Below are positions 48,878-57,939 of a DNA stretch of 64,000 nt, one piece after another. A model generated the notes under the pieces. The model made no database searches. It worked only from the letters and a program-made list of their open reading frames with translations, and was not told the origin of the DNA. Position numbers and translations under genes: made by a program. This DNA is from Agrococcus sp. (lineage in GTDB: Bacteria > Actinomycetota > Actinomycetes > Actinomycetales > Microbacteriaceae): contig JAPSIA010000001.1 of assembly GCA_031179215.1 (NCBI GenBank), positions 15,829 through 79,828 on the forward strand, in the 5' to 3' direction. Within the stretch, counting starts at the first letter, position 1. Every line of letters begins with the position of its first letter.

Positions 48878-49945
48878 ATGTCTGACGCCCGGCGCTCCGC
48901 GCTTCCTCGACCGGAGACGATCGTCGTGAGCGCAGGGCGGCCGCCGCACGTGCCGGGCGCGCCGTTCAACGAGCCCGTGACCTTCGCGAGCGCCTTCGTC
49001 GCCGGCGGCGAGCTCGAGTACGCGCGCTACGGCAACCCGAGCTGGACGGCGCTCGAGGAGGCGCTCGGGGCCCTCGAGGGCGGCGAGTGCGTCTCCTTCG
49101 CGAGCGGCATGGCGGCCGTGAGCGCCGTGATCCACCTCGTGCCCGTCGGGGGAGCGGTCGTCGTCGCGCGCCACTCCTACCAGCACACGCTCGCCCTGCT
49201 CGACGACGGCGCGCGCTCGGGCCGCTTCGAGGTGCGGCGCGTCGACATCGCCGACGCCGACGCCGTCGAGGCCGCGCTTCCGGGCGCGGCGATGGTGTGG
49301 CTCGAGTCGCCCACCAACCCGGCCCTCGAGCTCGCCGACATCCCTCGGCTCGCCGCGGCCGCGCGGGCGGCCGGCGTGCTGAGCGTCGTCGACAACACCT
49401 TCGCCTCGCCGCTGCTGCAGCGGCCGCTCGAGCACGGCGCCGATCTCGTCGTGCACTCGGCGACGAAGCTCATCGCTGGACACAGCGACGTCGTGCTCGG
49501 CGCGGTCGTGACCGGTCGGGACGACCTCGCCGAGCGCATCCGCCACCATCGCGGCCTGCACGGCGCGATCCCCGGTCCCATGGAGGCGTTCCTGACGCTG
49601 CGCGGGCTGCGCACCCTCTCGGTGCGGCTCGAGCGCGCCGAGGCGAACGCGCGGGAGCTCGCGCGGAGGCTCGCGGATGCACCGGGCGTCGTCGAGGTGC
49701 GCGATCCCGGCTTCGGGACGGTGCTCGCGATGGTGCTCGCCGACGCCGCGGCGGCCGACCGGGTCGTGGATCGCGTGCGGCTGTGGGTGTCGGCGACGAG
49801 CCTGGGCGGCGTGGAGTCGACGCTCGAGCGGCGCCGGCGCTGGGCGACGGAGGCACCCACGATCCCCGAGGGCCTCATCCGCATGTCGGTCGGGATCGAG
49901 CACGTCGACGACCTCGCCGACGACCTGCTGGCCGCGCTCGGCTGA
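48878..49945 (+). CDS. Cys/Met metabolism PLP enzyme (cystathionine gamma-synthase-like)
   Basis: YARYGNP, FASGMAA, ESPTNP, VDNTF, HSATK, SLGGVES, RMSVGIE. Confidence 0.9.
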   Translation: MSDARRSALPRPETIVVSAGRPPHVPGAPFNEPVTFASAFVAGGELEYARYGNPSWTALEEALGALEGGECVSFASGMAAVSAVIHLVPVGGAVVVARHSYQHTLALLDDGARSGRFEVRRVDIADADAVEAALPGAAMVWLESPTNPALELADIPRLAAAARAAGVLSVVDNTFASPLLQRPLEHGADLVVHSATKLIAGHSDVVLGAVVTGRDDLAERIRHHRGLHGAIPGPMEAFLTLRGLRTLSVRLERAEANARELARRLADAPGVVEVRDPGFGTVLAMVLADAAAADRVVDRVRLWVSATSLGGVESTLERRRRWATEAPTIPEGLIRMSVGIEHVDDLADDLLAALG

Positions 49946-49955
49946 ACCGGGGTCG

Positions 49956-51347
49956 TCAGCGCGTCGAGCCGAGCTCGTCCCACAGGTGCGCGAGGGTGGC
50001 TGCGCCCGCTCGCAGCACGGCGATCGAGGCGCTCTCGTCGCTGTCGTGCCAGTTGTCCTCGACGAGGCCAGTGCCGAAGAAGACGACGGGTGCGTCGAGC
50101 ACGCGGGCGAGGAGCTCCGTCGGGCCTCCGCCGGCGTTCCCCATCCGTCCGACGCGCTCGGCGCCGAAGCCCGCTGCCATCGCGCGGTCGAGCGCGTCCA
50201 CGAGCGGCGTCTCCGGCGTGCGGTACGGCTGCTGCGCGACCTCCTCCTGGATCTCGAGCCGCACCGCGCACCCGCCGCCGATCGTCGCGTCGACCCAGCG
50301 CCGCAGCTGCTCGGCGACGACCTCGACGCGCTGCCCGTCGACGATGCGGAAGCTGAGATCGGCTGACGCCATCGACGGGATCGCGGCGCGCGAGGCCCCG
50401 TCGGGGTCTCCTGATGCGAGCGCGATGACCTCGACCGCGGGTCGCTCCCAGAGGCGCTCGAGCGGCGTGTAGCCCTGCTCGCCGCCGATGCTGCGCGTGT
50501 GCGAGCGGAGCAGCCAGTCCTCGGCGTCGAAGGGCAGGGCTGCGAGCTCGGCGCGGCGCTCCTGCGAGAGCTCGTGCACGTCGTCGTAGAAGCCGGGGAG
50601 CGCGATGCGCCCGTGCTCGTCGTGGAGCTGCGCGAGCATGCGCGCGAGCTCGATCGCCGGGTTGGGGGCCGGGCCGGATGCCGCACCGCTGTGGATGTCG
50701 GTGAGCGGGCCGAGCACCTCGATGCGGGCGCCCAGCATGCCGCGGATGCTCGTGCAGAGCGCCGGATGGTCGGCGTGCCACAGGAGCGAGTCGGAGAAGA
50801 CGATCGCGTCGACGTCGAGCAGCGCGCGGTGCTCGTCGAGCATGGCGGCGAGCCCGGCAGAGCCCGACTCCTCCTCGCCCTCCACGAGCAGCTTGAGGTT
50901 CACCGCCGGGGCCTCGCGCCCGGTGGCCGCCAGGTGCGCGCGCACCGCCCACACGTGCGCCATGACCTGACCCTTGGCGTCGGAGCTGCCGCGGCCGTAG
51001 ATCCGGCCGTCGCGCACGACGGGCGTGAAGGGCGTCGTCTCGTCCCAGTTCTGCTCCTTGACGGCGCGCACGTCGTGGTGGCTGTAGACGAGCACGGTGG
51101 GCGCGCCCGGAGCATCGCACCACTCGGCGTACACGGCGGGGCCCTGCTCGCCGTCCCAGAGCTCCGTGCGAGGGAAGCCCGTGTCGCGCAGCGTGCCGGC
51201 GAGCCACGCGGCGGAGTGGCGCAAGTGCCGCTCGCGCTCTGGCACGCCGGCGACGGAGGGGATGCGCACCCATTCCGCGAGCTCGGCGATCCAGGCGTCG
51301 GCGTTCGTGGCGATCACGTCGTGCACGTTCGGCGAGTCGGACTCCAT
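49956..51347 (-). CDS. M20 family dipeptidase
   Basis: HHDV, GRGSSDAKG, EGEEESGS, DIHSG, WH..DE. Confidence 0.88.
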   Translation of the reverse strand: MESDSPNVHDVIATNADAWIAELAEWVRIPSVAGVPERERHLRHSAAWLAGTLRDTGFPRTELWDGEQGPAVYAEWCDAPGAPTVLVYSHHDVRAVKEQNWDETTPFTPVVRDGRIYGRGSSDAKGQVMAHVWAVRAHLAATGREAPAVNLKLLVEGEEESGSAGLAAMLDEHRALLDVDAIVFSDSLLWHADHPALCTSIRGMLGARIEVLGPLTDIHSGAASGPAPNPAIELARMLAQLHDEHGRIALPGFYDDVHELSQERRAELAALPFDAEDWLLRSHTRSIGGEQGYTPLERLWERPAVEVIALASGDPDGASRAAIPSMASADLSFRIVDGQRVEVVAEQLRRWVDATIGGGCAVRLEIQEEVAQQPYRTPETPLVDALDRAMAAGFGAERVGRMGNAGGGPTELLARVLDAPVVFFGTGLVEDNWHDSDESASIAVLRAGAATLAHLWDELGSTR

Positions 51348-51482
51348 CGGGCGCTCCCGTCCGACCGGTCGCGAGAGCAGCGAGCTGCTGCGCGACGCGA
51401 GTGGGTCTGCCGCGAGCGTATGCAGGGTCGCGACCCGAGGGCAATGGGCGACTTCCCTCGCGGCGCGCGGGGTCGCGCCGCG

Positions 51483-51809
51483 TCAGCGCCGACGCAGGCG
51501 CGAGGGCGCGACGACGGTGGCGCCGGCGTCGGCCCAGCCGTGCTCCGCTCCAGCGGGGGAGCGGCCGTCACGAGCGGCGAACACCGCTTGCGCGGACTGC
51601 AGGTCGGGGAAGCGGCCGCGCGCCGTGCCCTCGCCGTCGACCACGAGGAACTCGTCCAGGGTCTTCTCGACGAAGCCGAGGAACATGGTGCCGTCACCGT
51701 CGCGTCGCGTCGCGACCCACAGGTCCTCGCCGGGAGAAGCCCACGAGACGTGCGCCGCGGACTCCGCGCTCGGAGCTGCCGAAGTGGTGCGCGCCAGGGT
51801 GTCCGTCAT
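51483..51809 (-). CDS. Hypothetical protein (108 aa)
   Basis: GGGAGCAGGA RBS; W....DLWVA...G...GFVE...G.F..L..A pattern; divergent from marR. Confidence 0.6.
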   Translation of the reverse strand: MTDTLARTTSAAPSAESAAHVSWASPGEDLWVATRRDGDGTMFLGFVEKTLDEFLVVDGEGTARGRFPDLQSAQAVFAARDGRSPAGAEHGWADAGATVVAPSRLRRR

Positions 51810-51928
51810 CGTCCTGCTCCCTCGAAGATCGTTACTTAGTTCGTCGATCGAAATATAGCACGATCGAACGATAGGATGGGACGGATCGATCACAGGCGCC
51901 GGCAGCGGCGGAGCACGAGGAGGCGACG

Positions 51929-52465
51929 ATGGGGACGGAGCAGCACCCGCGCGCGAGCTCGGGCTACTGGTACCCGGAGCACGAGCACCCGACGAGCGTC
52001 GACGTGCTGAACCTGCTGCGCCGGTACCGCGCCGCCGAGGCGGCCATGCGAGCCCGGACGCGCTCGTCGATGGCGATGGGCGAGACCGACCTGCTGGCGC
52101 TGCGGCTGCTGCTGCAGGCGCAGCGGCGAGGCGAGGTGCTCCGGCAGCGCGACCTGGGCACGGCGCTCGGGATCGCGTCGCCGTCGGTGACGGCGCTCGT
52201 CGACCGGCTCGTCCGCAGCGGGCACGTGCGGCGCGAGCCGCACCCGGACGACCGGCGCGCGACGATCGTCGTGCCGACGACCGACACCGACCACGAGGTG
52301 CGGGCGACGCTCGGCGCGATGCACCGGCGCATGATCGACGTCGTCGACGGGCTCGACGACGACGAGCGGCGAGCCGTCGCGTCGTTCTTCGACCGCATGA
52401 TCGCCGCCGTCGAGCACCTCGACGTCCACGAGGCACCCGCGAAGGCGACGATCACCGCCGACTGA
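51929..52465 (+). CDS. MarR family transcriptional regulator
   Basis: LGIASPSVTALVDRL...G.VRR.PHP.DRR wHTH; GAGGAGG RBS. Confidence 0.9.
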   Translation: MGTEQHPRASSGYWYPEHEHPTSVDVLNLLRRYRAAEAAMRARTRSSMAMGETDLLALRLLLQAQRRGEVLRQRDLGTALGIASPSVTALVDRLVRSGHVRREPHPDDRRATIVVPTTDTDHEVRATLGAMHRRMIDVVDGLDDDERRAVASFFDRMIAAVEHLDVHEAPAKATITAD

Positions 52466-52488
52466 CCGCGGCTCTCCGCCGCTCTCGG

Positions 52489-52516
52489 AGCGCCGATAAT
52501 GCACATTATGTCGGAT
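52489..52516 (+). other. Putative chromosomal dif site (XerCD recombination site)
   Basis: AGCGCCGATAA-TGCACA-TTATGTCGGAT: 11-6-11 layout with ATAA/TTATGT core as in E. coli dif; intergenic and AT-rich in a very GC-rich background. Confidence 0.85.
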
Positions 52517-52602
52517 TGCATCTGCGAGCGCGGGAGGCGGTCGGGGCCGCACCGCTTCCCCGCCACCCGCATCTCGACGCGACCGCGATCGCGCGCTGCG
52601 CC

Positions 52603-52989
52603 TCAGCGCTGCTCGAGGTTGCCGAGGATCCGCTGCACCGACACCTCGATCACCACGCGGTCGGGATTGCTGCGGGGCTGCCGATAGCGCTCGGCGTAGC
52701 GTCGCACCGCATCGTCGACGCGGGCGGGATCGTCGGAGACGGTGGCGGGGCCCTCGACGGTGCACCACCAGCGCCCCTCGACCTGCGAGATCGCGACGAC
52801 GCGGCCCGGGTGCGCTCGGAGATTGCGCGCCTTGTAGCTCGAGCGGGAGGTGATGACGCGCACGAGCTGCTGCTCGGCGTCGTAGGTCGCACCCACGGGC
52901 ACCTGGTGGATCGTCCCGTCCGGGCGAGGCGACGCGAGCATGCACAGCCGCCGCTCCCGCCAGAAGGCGTCGAAGCTCATCCGATCCAT
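52603..52989 (-). CDS. PPOX-class (pyridoxamine 5'-phosphate oxidase-like, putative F420/FMN-binding) protein
   Basis: R.DGT.H.VPVG, KARN, W.TVEG, RY..P..NP.RVV; GGAGG RBS before ATG 52989. Confidence 0.82.
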   Translation of the reverse strand: MDRMSFDAFWRERRLCMLASPRPDGTIHQVPVGATYDAEQQLVRVITSRSSYKARNLRAHPGRVVAISQVEGRWWCTVEGPATVSDDPARVDDAVRRYAERYRQPRSNPDRVVIEVSVQRILGNLEQR

Positions 52990-53055
52990 CGGTCCCCTCC
53001 CCTGGCGCACCCCGAGCGCTTCATCATGGCCGGCAGCCTGCCGCGATGCCTGCGC

Positions 53056-54003
53056 CTAGGCGCGCGAGCGCACCGTCACGCGCTGCGCGAGCTCGGTGCC
53101 GGTCGCGGCGAGCCGGTCCACCGCGTCGAAGACGAACCGCTGCATGGCCGCCGCGGCGGCGGAGGCACCGACATCCGTGCGCCGCGCGAGGTTGACCGTG
53201 CGCGTCAGCTGCGGTCGCACGAGCCGGGTGCTGCGCAGCCCTGGCCGGTCGATGACGACCATCGCCGGCACGACCGCCACGCCGATCCCCCGCTCGACGA
53301 ACCGCAGCACGGCATCCATCTCGGCCCCCTCGACCGCGATCGTCGGCGTGAGCCCCGCTGCCGCGAAGGCTGCATCGGTCGCGACGCGCAGGTCGTAGTC
53401 GCGGTTGAAGGCGACTTGCGGCATGCGCGCGAGCTGCGCGAGGGTGACCTGCCCTGCTCCCGCGAGCTCCTCCCCCGCTCCCGCGGCCGAGACGACGACG
53501 AGCTCCTCCGACAGCAGCGGGATGAGCTCGGTCGCCGGGGCCTCGGGTCGTGCGCCGCGCGTGACGACGAGCGCGAGGTCGAGGGCGCCCTCGTCGAGCG
53601 CCTCGACGAGCGAGCGCGATCCGCCCTCGGTGATGTGCAGCTCGATGCCGGGGTGGGCGGCGCGGTAGGCGGCGAGCACGTCGGCCACGAGCGAGACGCA
53701 CAGCGTCGGCGGCGCGCCGAGCCGCACGCTGCCGCGGCGCAGCCCCGCGAGCTCGTCGAGCTGCTCGCGAGCGGCGCGGGCGTCGCCGAGCATGCGGCGC
53801 GCGATCGGCAGCAGCACCTCCCCCGCCGGCGTGACGCTCGCCCCCGCGGGGGCGCGGCGGAAGAGCTCGGCACCGAGCTCGTGCTCGAGCGCGGCGATCT
53901 GCCGGCTGAGCGAGGGCTGCGCGAGGAAGAGCTCCTCCGCGGCGCGCGTGAAGTTGCCGACCCGCGCGACCGCTTCGAAGGACCGGAGCTGCTCGAGCTT
54001 CAT
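53056..54003 (-). CDS. LysR family transcriptional regulator
   Basis: NFTRAAEELFLAQPSLSRQIAALEHELG HTH plus substrate-binding domain. Confidence 0.95.
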   Translation of the reverse strand: MKLEQLRSFEAVARVGNFTRAAEELFLAQPSLSRQIAALEHELGAELFRRAPAGASVTPAGEVLLPIARRMLGDARAAREQLDELAGLRRGSVRLGAPPTLCVSLVADVLAAYRAAHPGIELHITEGGSRSLVEALDEGALDLALVVTRGARPEAPATELIPLLSEELVVVSAAGAGEELAGAGQVTLAQLARMPQVAFNRDYDLRVATDAAFAAAGLTPTIAVEGAEMDAVLRFVERGIGVAVVPAMVVIDRPGLRSTRLVRPQLTRTVNLARRTDVGASAAAAAMQRFVFDAVDRLAATGTELAQRVTVRSRA

Positions 54004-54074
54004 GCGAGCATCCTATCGTGTTGACTCGAACTATGCATTGGACGCATGGCACTCCCGCTCCCTAGCGTGGAAGC

Positions 54075-55823
54075 ATGACCGCACCTCGCGCGACCGAGCG
54101 CCTCCTGTCCACCTCCGTCCTCGTCATCGGCACCGGCGGCGCGGGCCTGCGCGCCTCGATCGAGCTCGCCCAGCGCGGCGTGCAGGTGCTCGCCGTCGGC
54201 AAGCGCCGCAAGCACGACGCCCACACGACGCTCGCGGCGGGCGGCATCAACGCCGCGCTCGGCACCATGGATCCTGAGGACTCCTGGCAGCAGCACGCCG
54301 CCGACACCCTCCGCGAGTCGTACTTCCTCGCCGACCCGGCGATCGTCGAGACGGTTGCGAAGGGCGCCGCGCGCGGCATCGAGGAGCTCGAGGCGTGGGG
54401 CATGCCGTTCGCGCGCGAGGACGACGGCCGGATCTCGCAGCGCTTCTTCGGCGCCCACACCTACCGCCGCACCGCCTACGCGGGCGACTACACGGGCCTC
54501 GAGCTCCAGCGCACGCTCATGCGCCGCGCGGCCGAGCTGCAGGTCGAGATCATCGACACGGTCTACATCACGCGCCTCCTCGTCGCCGACGGCACGATCT
54601 TCGGCGCCTACGGCTTCGACGTCGTCGACGGCACGCCCGTGCAGATCCACGCCGACGCCGTGATCCTCGCCGCCGGCGGGCACACGCGCATCTGGCGCCA
54701 CACCTCCTCGCGGCGCGACGAGAACACGGGCGATGCCTTCCGGCTCGCCGCGCTCGCCGGCGCGCGCATCCGCGACGCCGAGCTCGTGCAGTTCCACCCG
54801 TCGGGGCTGCTCGAGCCCGACGACGCCGCCGGCACCCTCGTCTCGGAGGCCGCGCGCGGCGAGGGCGGGATCCTCACGAACGCGCTCGGCGAGCGCTACA
54901 TGGAGCGCTACGACCCCGAGCGCATGGAGCTCTCGACGCGCGACCGCGTCGCCCTCGCTGGCTACACGGAGATCGCCGAGGGCCGCGGCACCGAGAAGGG
55001 CGGGGTGTACCTCGACGTGTCGCACCTGCCGCGCGAGCGCATCCTGCAGCAGCTGCCGCGCGTCTACCGCACCCTCATCGACCTCCAGATGCTCGACATC
55101 ACGACGACGAAGATGGAGATCGCCCCGACGGCGCACTACTCGATGGGCGGCGTGTGGGTCGCCCCGGACGACCACGGCACGGGCGTCGAGGGGCTCTACG
55201 CGATCGGCGAGGCCTCCTCGGGCCTGCACGGCGCGAACCGGCTCGGCGGCAACTCGCTCATCGAGCTGCTCGTGTACGGGCGCATCACGGGCGAGCACGC
55301 GGCCGACTACGTCACGACGCGCACCACGGTGCGGCGCGACCCGGCGGCGGTCGAGCTCGCGCGCGCGGAGATGCAGTCGCTCCTGCGCGAGCGCGGCACG
55401 GAGTCGGCGCGTCGGCTCCAGCGCGACCTCCGCAACCTCATGACCGAGCACGCGGGCGTCGTGCGCACCGAGCAGGGGCTGCTCGCGGGCCTGACGGCCC
55501 TCGAGTCGCTCGAGGAGCGCGCGCAGCACGTCACGGCGCACCCCGACATCGCGGGCTTCGACGACCTCGCGCACGCCTACGACCTGCTCGGCTCGCTGCT
55601 CGCCGCGCGCGCGACGCTCGAGTGCGCGCTCGAGCGGCGCGAGACGCGCGGCTGCCACAACCGCGCCGACCACCCCGAGACCGACCCCGCGCTGCAGGGG
55701 AACTTCGTGTGGTCGCCCGGCGAAGGCGTGGCCTTCGAGCCGCTGCCTGCCGCACCGGCCAGCTTCCGGGCCCTCGCCGAGGCGCGCACCGACGACGCCG
55801 TCGCCGGGAAGCTCGTCGAGTAG
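54075..55823 (+). CDS. Succinate dehydrogenase/fumarate reductase/L-aspartate oxidase family flavoprotein (no partner subunit genes adjacent)
   Basis: GTGGAG, AHT..AAGG, QFHP, SEAARGEGG, RD, HYSMGG, LHGANRLGGNSL, ETRGCH. Confidence 0.88.
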   Translation: MTAPRATERLLSTSVLVIGTGGAGLRASIELAQRGVQVLAVGKRRKHDAHTTLAAGGINAALGTMDPEDSWQQHAADTLRESYFLADPAIVETVAKGAARGIEELEAWGMPFAREDDGRISQRFFGAHTYRRTAYAGDYTGLELQRTLMRRAAELQVEIIDTVYITRLLVADGTIFGAYGFDVVDGTPVQIHADAVILAAGGHTRIWRHTSSRRDENTGDAFRLAALAGARIRDAELVQFHPSGLLEPDDAAGTLVSEAARGEGGILTNALGERYMERYDPERMELSTRDRVALAGYTEIAEGRGTEKGGVYLDVSHLPRERILQQLPRVYRTLIDLQMLDITTTKMEIAPTAHYSMGGVWVAPDDHGTGVEGLYAIGEASSGLHGANRLGGNSLIELLVYGRITGEHAADYVTTRTTVRRDPAAVELARAEMQSLLRERGTESARRLQRDLRNLMTEHAGVVRTEQGLLAGLTALESLEERAQHVTAHPDIAGFDDLAHAYDLLGSLLAARATLECALERRETRGCHNRADHPETDPALQGNFVWSPGEGVAFEPLPAAPASFRALAEARTDDAVAGKLVE

Positions 55824-55861
55824 GCGTCGCCGGGCACAGGATCGCCTGGCATGGTGATGCC

Positions 55862-56776
55862 ATGCCTGCCGACCTGCGAGCGCGCCTGCTCACGGCGCTC
55901 TCCGGCGAGCCCGACGGCGCCCCGCGCTGGATCCGCGAGCTCGCCGAGGGCGACGACGCCGGCCACTTCGCGGAGGACGGCGCGGCGTGGACGGTGCACG
56001 GCAGCATGGCCACGCTCGTCGCCGGGATCCGCGCCCTGCTGCTGCAGGCGCTCCACCCGGGCGCGATGGCGGGCGTGCACGACTGGTCGACCTACCGCGA
56101 CGATCCCCTCGGGCGCCTCGCGGGCACCGTGCGCTGGGTCGTGTGCGTCACGTACGGCTCCACCGAGCAGGCCGCGCGCGAGACGGCGCGCGTCGGCCGG
56201 CTCCACGCGCGCGTCGCGGGCGACTTCGTCGACGGCCGAGGTGCCGAGCGCGCGTACCGCGCCGACGACGCGGCGCTCGCCGAGTGGGTGCACCTCGCCT
56301 TCACCGATGCCTTCCTCACGTGCCAGCAGACCTGGGGTCGACGGATGCGCGGAGGCCGGATCCCCGGCGGGCCCGACGCGTACGTGGCCGAGTGGGCGCT
56401 CGCCGGTCGGCTCATGCGCGTCGCGCAGCCGCCGCTATCCGCGGCCGAGCTGCGCCGCCACCTCGACGGCTACCTCGAGCGCGGCGAGCTGCGCGGCGAC
56501 GAGCGCGTGCGCGACGTCGTCTCGTTCCTCCGCCGACCGCCCCTGCCCGGCGCCGCGGGGCTCGGCTACCGCCTGCTGTTCGAGGGCGCGGTCGCGACGA
56601 TCCCCCGCCCCTACCGCCGGCTGCTCGGCGTGCGGCGCTCCCCCCTGCCCGTCGTGACGGGCACGCGGCTCGTGCTCGCGATCGCCGAGCGCGCGCTCGC
56701 CTCCGGCGACGGCAAGGGCGCGCAGGAGTGGGCGCGCGAGCGGCTGCGCCGGCTCGAGGCGGAGCGCGCGGCGTGA
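55862..56776 (+). CDS. MpaB/DUF2236 (rubber-oxygenase-like) family protein
   Basis: W.VHG, LLLQALHP..MAGV, RL..T, H.RV.G, Y.A.D....WVH. Confidence 0.8.
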   Translation: MPADLRARLLTALSGEPDGAPRWIRELAEGDDAGHFAEDGAAWTVHGSMATLVAGIRALLLQALHPGAMAGVHDWSTYRDDPLGRLAGTVRWVVCVTYGSTEQAARETARVGRLHARVAGDFVDGRGAERAYRADDAALAEWVHLAFTDAFLTCQQTWGRRMRGGRIPGGPDAYVAEWALAGRLMRVAQPPLSAAELRRHLDGYLERGELRGDERVRDVVSFLRRPPLPGAAGLGYRLLFEGAVATIPRPYRRLLGVRRSPLPVVTGTRLVLAIAERALASGDGKGAQEWARERLRRLEAERAA

Positions 56777-57096
56777 GCGCGGCCCGCTCGCTCGCCTCGG
56801 CGGCCGCCGTCGTCTACGGCGGCACGGCGCTGCTCGGCGTCGGCCTCGCGACGGGCCTCTGGCGCAACCGGCGGCATCGCTGGGTGCACCACGTCGGCTA
56901 CATCGCCGCCGTCTCGCTCACCGCGGCCGCGGCCCTCGCGGCCGCGCTCGCCGAGCCGGCGCGCGCGCGAGCCGCCGCGCTCGCGCTCGTGCCGCTCGCG
57001 GCGCTCCCCCGCGTCCCCACCCGCTCGCGTCGGCATCCGCTCGTCGCGCTCACCGCCGCGCCGTGGCTCATCGCCGCGGCCGCTCGACACCGCTGA
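56773..57096 (+). CDS. Small membrane protein of unknown function
   Basis: GTGA overlap with the mpaB-like gene; hydrophobic helices with RWVHH and RRH motifs. Confidence 0.65.
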   Translation: MSAARSLASAAAVVYGGTALLGVGLATGLWRNRRHRWVHHVGYIAAVSLTAAAALAAALAEPARARAAALALVPLAALPRVPTRSRRHPLVALTAAPWLIAAAARHR

Positions 57097-57105
57097 GAGG
57101 AAGCC

Positions 57106-57909
57106 ATGGAGCTGTTCGACGCCATCCGCAGCCGCCGCACCACCAACGGGGCGTTCCTGCCAGAGCCCGTGCGCGAGGAGCACCAGCGCCTCCTCATCGA
57201 GATGGCCGGCCGCGCGCCCTCGCAGCTCAACAGCCAGCCGTGGCGGTTCGTCATCACGGAGGATCGCGCGACGATCGAGCAGGTCGCGGCGATCAGCGGC
57301 GAGAGCATGACCGAGGCGATGTCGAACGGCACGTTCTTCGAGCGCTACAAGCGCTACTTCCGCTTCTCGCAGCGCGAGATGGACGAGCGGCGCGACGGCA
57401 TGCTCTTCGACCGGCTGCCCGCTCCCCTGCGGCCGTTCACGAGCCAGGTCTTCACCCCGCGCGGGCAGCGGCTCATGAACGCGATGCGCGTGCCGCAGAC
57501 CCTCGGCGAGGAGAACCGCAAGCTCGTCGCCGGCTCCCCGATGCTGCTGGGCGTCATGCTCGACCGCGCCGAGCACCGGCCGGGCGAGCTCTCCTCCTTC
57601 TACTCCCTCTTCAGCATGGGCGCCGCGATGGAGAACCTGTGGCTCACGACGGTCGAGCTCGGCCTCGGCATCCAGTTCGTCTCGTTCCCGATGGAGGTGC
57701 CCGGGCAGTGGGATCGGCTCGTCGAGCTCTTCCGCGTGCCGGACGAGCTCGAGCTCATGGCGGTCTACCGCATCGGCTACGTGCCCGAGGAGCGGCGACG
57801 GCCGCGCATCGACTGGACGAGCTCGGAGCGCAGGCTGCCGTCGCAGATCGTCTTCCGCGACACGTGCGAGACCCCGCAGCTCGGCTGGGACGAGCCGCAG
57901 CGCGGGTGA
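57106..57909 (+). CDS. Nitroreductase family protein
   Basis: [27 protein letters not shown]....LGLG; GAGGAA RBS. Confidence 0.88.
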   Translation: MELFDAIRSRRTTNGAFLPEPVREEHQRLLIEMAGRAPSQLNSQPWRFVITEDRATIEQVAAISGESMTEAMSNGTFFERYKRYFRFSQREMDERRDGMLFDRLPAPLRPFTSQVFTPRGQRLMNAMRVPQTLGEENRKLVAGSPMLLGVMLDRAEHRPGELSSFYSLFSMGAAMENLWLTTVELGLGIQFVSFPMEVPGQWDRLVELFRVPDELELMAVYRIGYVPEERRRPRIDWTSSERRLPSQIVFRDTCETPQLGWDEPQRG

Positions 57910-57939
57910 GGCGCCGGCGAGCGGCCGCACGCCCGCTCG

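Noticed and set aside
51848-51863. LexA SOS box (TCGAAATATAGCACGA)
   Set aside because: Several mismatches to GAAC-N4-GTTC; better explained as part of a MarR operator or promoter
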